NCBI GenBank assembly: GCA_963734535.1 | Contig: CAVTHS010000010.1 | Location: 64,001 to 128,000, forward strand | DNA from: an uncultured Chloroflexia bacterium | GTDB lineage: Bacteria; Chloroflexota; Limnocylindria; Limnocylindrales; CSP1-4 | Reading direction: 5' to 3' | DNA length: 64,000 nucleotides | Part shown: piece by piece, positions 50,121 through 61,654 of the stretch | How positions within the stretch are numbered: position 1 is the first letter of the stretch | How the letters are laid out: every line of letters begins with the position of its first letter | Made by a program: the position numbers and the translations under genes | The notes under the pieces: model-generated | What the model was told of the DNA's origin: nothing | The model's input: the letters and a program-made list of their open reading frames with translations, nothing else | Database searches by the model: none

Positions 50121-51369
50121 TCACGTCGTCGCGCGACGGACCGGTCGGCCGCTGGCAGCGGCGCGGCGGCGCGCCTCCCACTCTTCCCAGACGGTGAGGA
50201 GCGGGGCGGCGTTGAAGATCGACGAGTACGTCCCGGACGTGATCCCGATCAGGAGCGCAAGGATGAAGGTCTGGATCGACGAGCCCGAGAACAGCAGCAG
50301 CGCGGTGAGCGTGAAGACCACGGTCAGGCTCGTGTTGATCGAGCGGGCCAGCGTCTGGAGGATGGAGTGGTTGACGATCGCCGAGAAGTTCTCGCCGGCG
50401 TGGCGGGCCCGGTTCTCGCGGATCCGGTCGTACACCACGATCGTGTCGTGGACCGAGAAGCCGATGATCGTCAGCATCGCCGTGACGAAGAGCCCGTCGA
50501 CCTCGACCTTGAAGAAGGTGCCGAGGATGGCGAAGATCCCGACCACCACGATCACGTCGTGGACCAGCGCCACGAGCGCGGTCATCCCGAAGCGGAAGTC
50601 GCGGAAGCGGAACGTCATCCAGGCCAGGATGCCGAGCGAGCCGATGAGCACCAGCAGGATCGCCTGCTGCGTCAGCTCCGCGCCGATGATCGGGCCCGAC
50701 GGTCGTGAGGCTGCGCTGCGAGTCGATCGGCCCGAGCGGCCGCCTCGAGGGCCGTCACGAGCGTGCCGACCTCGCCCGACCGGGTCACGCCGCCGGGGAT
50801 CGGCGTCGGCGACGGGGAGGGGCTCGGGCTCGGGCGACGCGGCCGGCGAGGCGGAGCGCGGCACCTGCCGAGGCGGAGCGGCCGCGCTTGCGGATGCTCC
50901 CGGGGACGACGACGCGCGGGCTGGCCGACGCGCGCCGCGGACGCCGATGCCGCCGGCGAGGGAGAGGCCGCCGGTGAGACCGGAGGCGGCCGGGCTCGGC
51001 CGACGCCAGCGGAGGCCGACGGCTCGACGCTGCCCGAGGCGGCCGGCGAGGCGCTCGGGCGGGCGTCGTCGCGGGGCCCTCGATCAGGCCGAGCGGGACG
51101 GTCCGGATCAGCAGGTAGCCGTCCGAGGACGTCTGGACCTGCGATTCGAAGCCCGGGCGACGCCAGCACGTCGCTGGACCTGCGTCGGGGTGACGTTCGA
51201 GTCCTTGAAGCTGGATCTCCCACTTCGTGCCGCCGGTGTAGTCGATCGAGAACTGGAGGCCGGCCTTCCCGCCCGTGATCGGGCCGAGGAGGATGAAGAA
51301 GAGGCCGGGGACGAGGATGATGCCGGAGAAGAGGAAGAACCAGCGTCGCTTCCCGATGATGTCAAGCAC
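50121..51369 (-). CDS. secF: Protein translocase subunit SecF (frameshifts; large S/P/A insertion)
   Basis: [50 protein letters not shown]. Confidence 0.9.
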
Positions 51370-52755
51370 GCGGCGCGCGCCTCCCCGCGGCGGCCGGGAA
51401 CCAGCGTGCGGGCCATGAACTCCTCTTCGCGCAGGCCGTACAGGCGCGGCACCCGGGCCCACTCGTTGCGCACCACCCAGCGCAGGATCGTCCGGGTCAC
51501 CGTGATCGCGGTGAACATCGAGCAGAGCACGCCGATGATCAGGACGAGCGCGAAGCCGCGGATCGTGGCCGACCCGAAGAGGTAGAGGATCGTCGCCGTG
51601 ATCAGGGTCGACACGTTCGAGTCGAGGATGGAGTTCCAGGCCCGGTTGAAGCCGGCCTCCATCGCGGAGTTGAGCGTCTTGCCGGAGCGCAGCTCCTCCT
51701 TCATCCGCTCGAAGATCAGGATGTTGGCGTCGACCGCCATGCCGATCGAGAGGACGAAGCCGGCGATGCCGGCCAGCGTCAGGGTGACCGGGATGAGCCG
51801 GAAGATCGCCAGCACCAGCAGCGCGTAGTAGATCAGCGCGATGCACGCCATCAGGCCCGGCAGGCGGTAGTAGATCGAGCATGAACAGGAAGACGAGGAG
51901 GATCGCGATCAGTGCCGGCCAGCAGGATCCGGTCGAGCGAGAAGCCGGCGAGCGTCGCGCCGATCTCGGTGCTCGACTCCTCCTTGAGCGGGAACGGCAG
52001 CGATCCGTAGTTGAGGACGGTGATCAGCGAGTTCATCTCCTAGGCCGGAGAAGCCGCCGGCAGCTGCCGCCCGTGATGATCCCCTGGCCGCCGGTGATCG
52101 CGCTCTGGATGACCGGCGCCGAGACCACCTTGCCGTCGAGGACGATGGCGAAGAACTCGCCGACGTGCTTGCTCGTGTAGTCGCCGAAGAGCTGGGCGCC
52201 GTGCGACTTCAGCCGGAACCCGACCGCGCGCAGGCCGGTCTGGTCGGTGGACGGGAATGCCTGGTCGATCTGCTCGCCGCCGAAGAGTGGTGTCTCGGTG
52301 GTCGGAAGGGGCTGACCGTCGACGGCCTGGTAGGTGCCCGGCGCGCTCTGGGTCCCGTACTCGGCGGGCGGAAGCGGGATGAAGTCGAGCTTGCCGGTCT
52401 GGACGAGCAGCGCCCGGATCTCGTCCGGGTTCTTCGCGTTCGGCAGCTCGACGATGACGCGGTCGGCGCCCTGCGTCTGGACCACGGGCTCCGCCACGCC
52501 GGTCGAGTTGACGCGGTTCTCGATGATCGTCTTCGTGGTCGAGAGCGCGCCGGCATCCGGCTGCCTGTCGCCCACGGGAAGCAGGCGGTACTCGACCTGC
52601 AGGCCGCCGACGAGGTCGAGGCCGAGCTTGGTCTCCACGGTTCGCGATCCGCCGTTGGGATCGCCGATGTTCGGGATGGTCAGCCGGGGCCAGAAATCGA
52701 CGATGAGGAAGAGGACAGCGATGACGAAGATGATGATTGGGGTTGTTCGACGCAT
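51362..52755 (-). CDS. secD: Protein translocase subunit SecD (frameshifts)
   Basis: [58 protein letters not shown]. Confidence 0.92.
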
Positions 52756-52808
52756 CGGCGGGGATGCTATCAGGCTTTCACGGGGCCCGTCGGGCGGTCC
52801 CCGACGAG

Positions 52809-54659
52809 TCACTCGGCGAGACCGGCCTTGATCCGCTCGGCGAGCGCCCGGCTGATCCCCGGGATGGCGGCGATCTGCTCCACTGGCGCCTCCCGGACCC
52901 GCTTCGCGGAACCGAACGTGCGCAGCAGCGCACGCTTGCGGGCCGGACCGACGCCCGGCAGGTCGTCGAAGGCGGACTTGACAGCCGCCTTCCGGCGCAG
53001 GTCCCGGTGGTAGGTGATCGCGAACCGGTGCGCCTCATCACGGAGCCGCTGGACGAGATAGAGCGCGGGAGACGTGGGCGGCAGGACCACCGGGTCCGGG
53101 CGGCCAGGGAGGAAGAGCTCCTCGCGCTCCTTGGCGAGGCCCACGATCGGGATCTCCCCGACCCCGAGCGCGGCGAGAACCTCGACGTCCGCGCTCAGCT
53201 GACCCTTCCCGCCGTCCACGACGATGAGGTCCGGCAGCGTCCAGCGCAGCTCCTCGGCGCTCCCCTCCTCGCCGGCCTTCGCCCGGTGGAGGCGGCGCCG
53301 CAGCATCTCCGCATGGCTCGCGAAGTCGTCCTGGCCGGGCACGTCGCGAATCCGGAATCGCCGGTACTCGCCGGTGCGCGGCTTGCCGTCCTCGAAGACG
53401 ACCATGCTGCCGACCGTGTGGCTGCCCTGGAATGTGCTGATGTCGTAGCACTCGATGCGCATCGGCAGCGCCGCCAGGCCGAGCGCGCCGGCCAGCTCCT
53501 CGAGCGCGACCAGCGTCTTGCCGTCGTCCGCGAGCCAGCGCGCCTGCTCGCGGGCCAGCGTCTCGGCGGCGTTCCGGCCAGCCAGCTCCATCAGCCGCCG
53601 CTTCTCGCCTCGCTGCGGCACGAGCAGCCGGACGCGGCGCCCGCGCCGCGCGGCGAGGAATGCCTCGAGGTCCGCCGCGTCGGCCGGGAGGGTGGGCACG
53701 AGCAGGGCCGGCGGGACCGACGACGCCCGGGCGTAGTACTGCCCGACGAACCCGGCGAGAACCTCGTCGTCGCCCGCGCTGGGGTCGGCCTCGAGAAGGA
53801 AGACGTCCCGCCCGATCAGGCTCCCGTGCCGGACGACGAAGAGCTGGACCGCGGCCTGCCCGCCCGCGCGGGCCAGGCCCAGGACGTCCTGCTCGGTCCG
53901 GGCGAAGGCGGCCATCTTCTGGTCCTCCATCGTCCGTTCGATCGAGCGCACCTTGTCGCGCAGGGCGGCGGCCCGCTCGTAGTCGGTCCGCTCGGAAGCC
54001 GCCTCCATCTCGCGGCGCAGGCCCCGTGCCACCGTCTCCTGGCGGCCCTCGAGGAAGAGCTCGACCTGCGCGATGTCGGCCCGGTATGCCTCGCGCGAGA
54101 TCGCCTCGATGCAGGGTCCCTGGCAACGCTTGATGTGGTACAGCAGGCACGGGCGCTGGAGGGTCCGCTTCCCCTCCCGGATGTCGAGCGTGCAGGTCCG
54201 GAACGGGAAGAGCCGCCGGATCAGGTTCATCGATTCGTCGACGCTGCTGGCCGACGCGTACGGCCCGAAGTAGCGGCTGCCGTCCTCGACCAGCTTCCGC
54301 GTCCGCTCGATCCGCGGGAAGTCCTCCCCCAGGCTGATCTTGATGTACGGGTAGCTCTTGTCGTCCTTCAGGCGAACGTTGAAGCGCGGCTTGAAGCGCT
54401 TGATCAGGTTCGCCTCGAGGAGCAATGCCTCGGCCACCGAGTCGGTCAGCGTGTACTCCACGTCGGCGACGCGGTCGATGACGCTCCGGATCCGGTGCGC
54501 CTCCCCGTACGGGCTCTGCCTCTGCCAGTAGCTCCGGACGCGGCTCCGCAGGCTCTGCGCCTTGCCGACATACAGCACGGTCCCGCGACCGTCGCGCATC
54601 AGGTAGACACCGGGGCGCGCGGGCAGGTTCTCGAGGGTCGCGGTGAGGTCGGGAGTCAC
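52809..54659 (-). CDS. uvrC: Excinuclease ABC subunit C
   Basis: PGVYLM...YVGKA (GIY-YIG), YERAAALRD, IECYDIS, VDGGKGQ, RDEAHRFA, HhH. Confidence 0.97.
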   Translation of the reverse strand: MTPDLTATLENLPARPGVYLMRDGRGTVLYVGKAQSLRSRVRSYWQRQSPYGEAHRIRSVIDRVADVEYTLTDSVAEALLLEANLIKRFKPRFNVRLKDDKSYPYIKISLGEDFPRIERTRKLVEDGSRYFGPYASASSVDESMNLIRRLFPFRTCTLDIREGKRTLQRPCLLYHIKRCQGPCIEAISREAYRADIAQVELFLEGRQETVARGLRREMEAASERTDYERAAALRDKVRSIERTMEDQKMAAFARTEQDVLGLARAGGQAAVQLFVVRHGSLIGRDVFLLEADPSAGDDEVLAGFVGQYYARASSVPPALLVPTLPADAADLEAFLAARRGRRVRLLVPQRGEKRRLMELAGRNAAETLAREQARWLADDGKTLVALEELAGALGLAALPMRIECYDISTFQGSHTVGSMVVFEDGKPRTGEYRRFRIRDVPGQDDFASHAEMLRRRLHRAKAGEEGSAEELRWTLPDLIVVDGGKGQLSADVEVLAALGVGEIPIVGLAKEREELFLPGRPDPVVLPPTSPALYLVQRLRDEAHRFAITYHRDLRRKAAVKSAFDDLPGVGPARKRALLRTFGSAKRVREAPVEQIAAIPGISRALAERIKAGLAE

Positions 54660-54803
54660 GCCCCGATCGTACGACGCGGGCGCGGAATCGGCGGTGGCAC
54701 GAAGGCCGGCGGCGAGCGCGCGCAGCTGGGTCAGATCGCCGGGTGCAGCGTTGCCACCGGCACCCGTGGGCCGGCAGGTCCGAGAGACCGACTGCTCGAC
54801 ACA

Positions 54804-54840
54804 CAGGAAGGCCGGGGCGGCGAACCGTCCCGGCCTCCTG
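54804..54840 (-). terminator. Hairpin terminator after the 5'-nucleotidase gene
   Basis: On the minus strand: caggaggccgggacgg-TTCG-ccgccccggccttcctg followed by tgtgt. Confidence 0.6.
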
Positions 54841-54888
54841 CCTGTCCGGCGCGATCCTCAGTGGGTCCGCGCCGTCATCACGACGAAC

Positions 54889-57800
54889 TTACCGCCATCG
54901 CGCCTGGCGAGCCGGCGACCAGCTCACGCCGGGCGTCGGATCCCCGCCGAAGCGGGCGCGAACGGAGATGAGCTTCGACGTGGAGGACCGCCACCAGAAG
55001 TAGACGTTCCCCGAGGCGTCCGCCACGCGGCTCGTGAGCCGTGTGAACGCGCCCCATGTGCCGTTGGTCTTCCTGGTGGCGACCCAGATCTGAACAGTGC
55101 TGCCAGCCTGGCTCGAGCCCCCCGCGAAGCGCCAGGTGACGTACTTGCCCCGCGTCACCACCTTGGTGGTGGAACTGAATGGCCCGACCTTGGTCGCGCC
55201 GGCCGCGGTCGCCGTGGCCGTGGAGGCGGATCCCGCGACGGGCTTGAAGACGAGGCGCCCCTCGATCGCCGGCGACACCGTGCCCTTCGCGGTGACGTAG
55301 TCGATGACCGCGTCCCGCACGTAGTACTGCGTGTCGTTGAGGATCTTGTTGAGCGGCCAGAGGCTCACGCCGTTGTCACTGAAGTTGCACGAGCCGGCCG
55401 CGAGGTAGTTCACGGTCGAGACCCTGTAGAAGGTCGAGGCGTCCGTGAAGTTGACGGCCTTCCCGTTGATCGTCAGCGAGGCGACGTAGCTCCTGGTCGG
55501 GTCGTACGCCGCCGGCGAGACATCGTTGTATGTGATCTTGCCGACCGAGTTCGTGTCGAGCATGCAGGTGGTGTAGTAGGAGTACCCGCCGTAGCCGGGC
55601 ACGTTCTTGTAGTAGTAGTAGTTGCGGTAGCCACGCTCGAGGACCTTCTTGAGCTGCGGGCCGTTCATGCTCAGGACCACGAGCGAGTTCTCGTAGGGCA
55701 TGAGCGAGAACATGTCGGACACCTTGAGGGTGACCGGCGCGTCGGTCGTCGCGGCCGGCGCCACGGCCTTGTTGGTCATCGCGCCGGAGATGTGGACGTC
55801 GACCGAGATGTCGTGCTTGGCCAGCTCGAAGACCGCGGCGTCCGCCTGCAGGTTCGCGGCGTTCGTCTCGGTCGTGAATGCCTGGAGCGCGTCGATCGGG
55901 GCCGTTGTCTTCCCGAGGACGGTGTCGTTGTATGCGTTCAGCTGCGTGGCGTAGGGATCGACGATCGCCTTGATCTCCGGGTCCTCGGGCGTCGTCATCG
56001 TGACGCTGAGGTACTGCCCGGCCCGGCTGACGACCTCGTAGCCGCCGCCCTTCTTCTCGCGCACGCCCAGGACAACCTCGCCGAGCGTGTTGTTGTACCG
56101 GTATGCCTGGTTGATGATCACCGGCGTGTTGCCCGGGCCGGCGACGATCGTGGGCAGGAACTTGTAGGGAGCTTCCGGGTTCGCCGGGTTGGTGTGGCTG
56201 TGGCTCCCGATGATCGCGTCGACGCCGGGGACGTCGGCGGCGAAGTTCGTGTCGACGTTGTTGTCGACCTCGACGCTCTTCGGGTTCGTTGTGAATCCGA
56301 TGTGGGTCAGGGCGATGACCACGTCATCCTTGGCCTTGAGCGTCGGAGCGATGGCCTTGCCGGTGGTGATCGGGTTCGAGAACGTCAGCCCCGGGATGTT
56401 GCTCGGCAGCTCGTAGTTCGGGACGCGGTGGTTCGTGATCCCGAGGATCGCGACCTTGATTCCGCCCAGCGTCGTCTCCAGGTAGGGCTTCACGCCGGCG
56501 CCGCCGTTCGCGGCGGCGAGTCCATACGTCGCCCGAGTCGGCAACGTTGGCGCCGAGGATCGGGAAGGCCGCCTGGCCCAGAACGCCCTTGAAGATGGGG
56601 CTCCCGAAGTTGAACTCATGGTTGCCAAGGGTCATCGCGGTGTACTTCAGCGCGTTCATGACGGCGATCATGGGATTGGTCGTGAGCGCGGCCGGAAGCG
56701 TCGTCCCGTCGCTCGCCTTTCCGCTGAACGATGACTTGAAGTAGTACATCATCGCGTCGCCCTGGATCTGGTCACCCCCGTCCAGGAGGATCGTCCGGGT
56801 CGGATTGTGCAGGCGCTCCTGCTTGATGAGCGTCGCCAGCTGGGTCATCCCGACAAAGGCGCCCTTGGCGAGGTTGCCGTGGGAGTCGTTGTTGTGGAGG
56901 ATCGTGATCGGGAGGATCGAGCCGCTGTCGGGCGTGTCGGATCCATCACGGACGATCCGGCCATCGAGCTTCCCGTTGCCGCTCGGCCCCTTGTACGCCG
57001 TAGCGGGGGTGCCGTACTTCGCCGCAACGTACGCGTCAACCGCATTCAGCATGTCGCCCCAGTACGTAACGTGCGTCATGTACTTGAAGCCGCCGTAGCC
57101 GTCGCCGCCAGCCGGGGCCAGGAACTCGTTCGTGCCGACCTTGTACGTCTTCTTGAGATCGATCGGGTCGCAGGCCTTGGTCGTCTTGTTGACGATGCAG
57201 GAGTCGAAGGCGCCCCAGGCGTAGGGCTGCGGGCCCGGGTTCTTGTCCCGGTACGCGTAGTACGAGAACTTGAGCCCGGCCGGCTGAATGACCCCGTTCG
57301 ACACGAGGGGCGCCTGGTTGAGCACCTCCAGGATCTGCGCCCCGGTCATCTCCCCGACCACGGTCGCGTTGCCGAAGGGCAGGATCGTGAACATGTTCCC
57401 GTAGGTCAACAGCGCCGGCGCGTGGGTGCCGTCGGCGCAGCCCGAGTTCGTCCACGCCGTGCCGCTGTAGCACCAGTCGGTCCGGATGCCGCCCGCGTTG
57501 TTCAGGAACACGTCCACGTCGTTCGCGGCCGTGGCATCCGTGTTGAGGTAGTTGTAGATGGCGTCGTCGACGAACGTGCCCATCATGTTGTCGACGGCGC
57601 CGCCCAGGCGGGGCAGGTCGACGGCGCTGTAACCGATCGGCTTGTTGATCAGCGCCTGGTACGCGGCATCGGAGGCGAAGCCGCTGACCAGCGTGTCGAC
57701 CGTCGGATCCTTGTCACCGGTCGTGAAGCCCGTCGTCCTCGACCAGGCCACCGAGATCGCCCCGGCGGGGCTGACGGTGACGTCCGCGCGGCCGACCGTG

Positions 57801-58675
57801 CGGCCGTTGTAGTACGCCTGCACGACGGCGGTCGAGCCCACCATCGTCGCGGCGGTCAGGTTCGAGTGGCTATGGCCGCCGATGATGAGGTTGACCGGCT
57901 TGCCGGCGGTGTTCAGCTTCGCGGCGAGGGTCTGGTCTCCGTAGACCGGGATGCCGTATCCGTATCCGCCGTCGGCGTATCCGAGATGGCTCAGCACCAC
58001 GATCGCGTCGGCGCCCGCCGACTTCATCGCGTCGTAGTAGTGCAGGATCGAGTCGACCGGGTCCTTGAAGCAAGTGCCCGCGGTCGATGAGGCGATCGTA
58101 ATGGTCGGCGTCTCCTGGGTCGTCACCCCGATGAAGGCGACCTTCACCGTGTTCGGAGCCGTCCCGACCTCCTTGATCACGTAGGGCGCCGACACGAAGG
58201 CCGGCTTGCCCCAGCCCGCGGTCGCGCAGTCCGCGGTGTTCTTGACGACGATGTTGGCCGACACGTGCGGGAACGTCGATTGGGTCACGCGCTGGCCGAG
58301 GACCGTCTGGCCCCAATCGAACTCGTGGTTCCCGAAGGTCGCCACGTCGTAGCCCATCGCGTTGAATGCTGCGATCGTGGGCTTGCCCTGCTGGAGATTC
58401 GAGAGCAGGGAACCCTGCATCTCGTCGCCGGCGTCGACAAGCAGCGTGTTCGCCGCGCCGACGGCCGTCCGAACGTCATTGACGACCTTGGCCACGCGCG
58501 CGATCCCGGGGTTGCTGCCCGACGCTTCGAGCTGGCCGTGGAAGTCGTTCGTGTGGAGGATCGTGAACGTGACCGCGGTCGCCGGCGGGGCCGCGCTGGC
58601 GGCGGCGGGCAGCAGGGACACGAGCATTGCGACCGCCATGAACGGGGCGGCAAGGCGGAAACGACGACTCCGCAC
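54889..58675 (-). CDS. Secreted tandem 5'-nucleotidase / 2',3'-cyclic-nucleotide phosphodiesterase (two modules; frameshift near 56535)
   Basis: GGAGGT SD and signal peptide; module 1 HTNDFHG/DAGD/GNHEFD/GGHSH/NAGGIR/LPFGN; module 2 HNNDSHG/DGGD/GNHEFN/GSHSH/MPYEN. Confidence 0.9.
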
Positions 58676-59149
58676 GGGGGCACCTCCGGCTCCAGGGCGA
58701 CGCACAGGGGTGCGTCGTACCGTTGGTGCAGAGCGAGGACGCGAGGGTCCGGCGCCGCTGACGGCAGCTGGGGGACCGCGCTGCACGATTGCTGGCCACA
58801 ACGGTACCGAACCGCAACCCGTCGCACAGGGCCATCCCGCACTCTGCAAGGTGACACGCGGCAGAAGGCAGTGCCGGAAAGTGGTCGGCGGGACGCGCCG
58901 GTGTTACGCGCGCATCCCGCCGATGGTGTCCGAAGCCAGCCCGGCCATGAGCTCGACTCGGCGACGTGGGCAGCCTCGCGCGCCCGGTCTTCCAGGTCGA
59001 TCACCCGTTTGGGGTCAGTCGGTGCGCCGGGGCACTCCCCCATCCGTACCGGTCGACCCGCCTGGCAGCCCCGTGCGGCAATCGCGGACGCCGCGACTCA
59101 TTGGCACCCGGGGTGAGGGCCAGTGCAGCCGCCACGGCCACACTGCGGC

Positions 59150-60953
59150 ATGCGCCGCGATTCCCTCTTCCGTCGCGGAACGCCTCGACCGCCTCGCACG
59201 CGACCAGCGGGACGCCGCGACGGCGCCGCCGGGCCCGGTCCTGTGCGTGGCGCCGGCCGGCAGCGGGAAGACCACGACGCTGGTGGCTCGCGTCGCCTGG
59301 CTGGTCGGCGCGGCCGGCGCCGACCCGGCGACCATCGCCGCAATCACCTTCAACACGCGCGCGGCGGAGGAGCTGCGGGCCCGTCTCGACCCGGCGCTCG
59401 CGCCGCTCGGGGTGGCGGCCGGCGCAACGCGCGTGCGCACGTTCCACGCGCTCGGCCTCGAGATCCTTCGCGACGCCGGCGTCCGCCCCGAGCTCCGCGG
59501 ACGAGATTCCATCCTTCGCCGTGCCTGCCCGGACCTGGACGCGGCCGCGCGGCGCGCGCTCGACGGCGCGTTCTCGCGGCTCAAGCTTGACCTTGCGGTC
59601 ACGGCTGCGGACGTCGGTCGCGACCCGGCACCCGGACCGGTCGCCCGGGCGTTCCTCGCATACGAGGCCGCCCTCGCGGAGGCCGGCGCGATCGACTTCG
59701 ACGACCTCGTCGCGCTCGCACTCCGACGTCTCGACGGGGATCCGGCGCTGCTGGCGCGGTGGCGGTCGCGGTGCGTCCACCTGCTCGTCGACGAGGCCCA
59801 GGACGTGGACGCGAGCCAGCTCCGGCTGGCCCTCCTTCTCGCCGCACCGGGGAACCGGATCTTCCTCGTCGGCGACGACGACCAGTCGATCTACGGCTGG
59901 AGACTGGCCGACGTCAGGAGAGTGCTGGGGCTGGCCGGGGCGCTGCCGGGTCTGCGGCGGGTGGACCTCGAGGTCAACTACCGCTGCCCCGCCCCCGTCG
60001 TCACGGCCGCGGTCCGGCTCGTGGAGCACAACGCCGAGCGGTTCGAGAAGCACGTCCGGCCCCGTCCCGGGGCGCCGGGTCGGCTGGTCCTCGCCCCGGC
60101 TGCGACGGCGCGCGACCCGGCGGCTGAGATGCTCATTGCCGCTCGCGCCCTGGACGGCTGGCCGGTCGACGGCGGCTCCCGGGCGATCCTGGCCCGGACG
60201 CGGCGCGAGCTGCTGCCGGCCGCGGCCCTGGCCCTGGCCCGCGGGATCCCGTTCCGGGCCGACGGCGTGACCCTGCTCCTCGAGGACCCGCGGCTGGACG
60301 GAATCCTCGAAGAGGCGGCGAACGCGCCGGGCACGATGCCGCCTCTCCTCCGGCTCGGCGCTGTGGCCACTGCCACGATCGGGCCAGGACGGGTGGCGCT
60401 CGTCGGGGAACCGGACGCTCTCGACTGTCCGAGCGTGCGTCGCGCCGACCGTGACTCGGCCGGCATCGAGCCGCGGGCTCCCGAGCGCCTCGACGGTGAC
60501 GCGGCCGGCCGTCCGCCGACCGATGCCGCGGACCTCGATGAATCCGGGTCGGACGTCCCGCCGATCGCTGACCTGCTCGCGGCCCTCCTCGCCTGGGCCG
60601 CGGCCTACCCCTCGCTGGCTGCGCTCGGGGCGGCGATTGCGGCCGCGCGCTCCCGTCTGGCCGCGCTCCGCGCCGCGGACCCGCTCCTGACGCTCGCCAC
60701 GGCCCACGCGACGAAGGGGCTCGAGTTCGACCACGTGGCAGTGATCGGGATGTCCGAGGGGCGCTTCCCGAGCCCGCGCTCGCTTGCCGAGGGCGGCGAT
60801 CCAACCCGGGCGCTGGAGGAGGAGCGTCGCCTCGCCTACGTGGCGTGGACGCGGGCGCGCCGGACGCTCACCCTCGTCTACGAGCCGGGCTCGCCGTCGC
60901 GGTTCCTGGAGGAGGCGTTCGGGGAAGTGGTCATCGGAGGGAAGACACGCTAA
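59150..60953 (+). CDS. UvrD/Rep (SF1) helicase, compact form (start uncertain)
   Basis: APAGSGKT, ITFN, RTFHALG, DEAQD, GDDDQSIYGWR, NYRC, TAHATKGLEF, EEERRLAYVAWTRAR. Confidence 0.9.
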
Positions 60954-60984
60954 GGGAGGCGGCGCCTCGCCGGCGCCGCCTCCC
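60954..60984. terminator. GC hairpin between convergent genes
   Basis: gggaggcggcgcc-tcgcc-ggcgccgcctccc immediately after the helicase TAA. Confidence 0.65.
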
Positions 60985-61015
60985 GCAGGCTGCGGTCTTC
61001 GATCGGCCGGATGGG

Positions 61016-61654
61016 CTATGGAGTCTCCCCGGCATCCGACACGGCCGCCGCGCGCATGGCCTTGCCGATGTACCAGGCGAAGATCCCGACGCCCGTCAGG
61101 GCGAAGAGGCCCAGGCTGACCCAGAACAGCGGGCGGGCCACTGCCATGTTCGACGTGCTGACGAGAAGGCTCGGCAGGTTGCCCAGGTTGGCTTGGTCCT
61201 GCGCCTCCATGCCGTAGACCTGGGGGACGATGTAGAGGATCGAGGCGATCACGAGCAGGACGCTCTCGAGGCGGAAGGCCGCCGGATCGTCGTCCGCGTC
61301 GCGGAGGAGCTTGACGGCCAGCGTCCAGAAGAGCACGACGACGGCCAGCGGGGCGGTGATGGGGAGGCCGTCGCCGGTGAGGTAGAGGTTCGGCATCAGG
61401 AAGATCATGCTGAGCCCGAGGGTGACGACCAGCAAGCCGTCGCGGAACAGCACGTAGGACAACCACCAGACGTCGCCACCGAAGCGGAGGGTCAGGCGCC
61501 GCAGGAAGCGGATGATGTATGGGCGGGAGAAATGCAGGATCAGGGTGAACGACCAGAGGATCGGCAGGACGGCGGCCACGGACAGCACCATCCACCCGGC
61601 CCCGCCGGAGGTCAGGGTCGTCGCGAGCTGGTCGGCGTTGAGGGGTGCGTTCAT
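61016..61654 (-). CDS. Unknown ~5-TM membrane protein (paralog B)
   Basis: Hydrophobic helices; LHFSRPY...LTLRFGGDVWWLSYVLFRD; ATGA overlap with the upstream gene. Confidence 0.85.
   Translation of the reverse strand: MNAPLNADQLATTLTSGGAGWMVLSVAAVLPILWSFTLILHFSRPYIIRFLRRLTLRFGGDVWWLSYVLFRDGLLVVTLGLSMIFLMPNLYLTGDGLPITAPLAVVVLFWTLAVKLLRDADDDPAAFRLESVLLVIASILYIVPQVYGMEAQDQANLGNLPSLLVSTSNMAVARPLFWVSLGLFALTGVGIFAWYIGKAMRAAAVSDAGETP

Noticed and set aside
58700-59140. Intergenic region with the inverted repeat tcggcggga...tcccgccga and a possible short ORF
   Set aside because: No recognisable riboswitch or ncRNA consensus and no convincing coding signal; GC hairpins are expected by chance.
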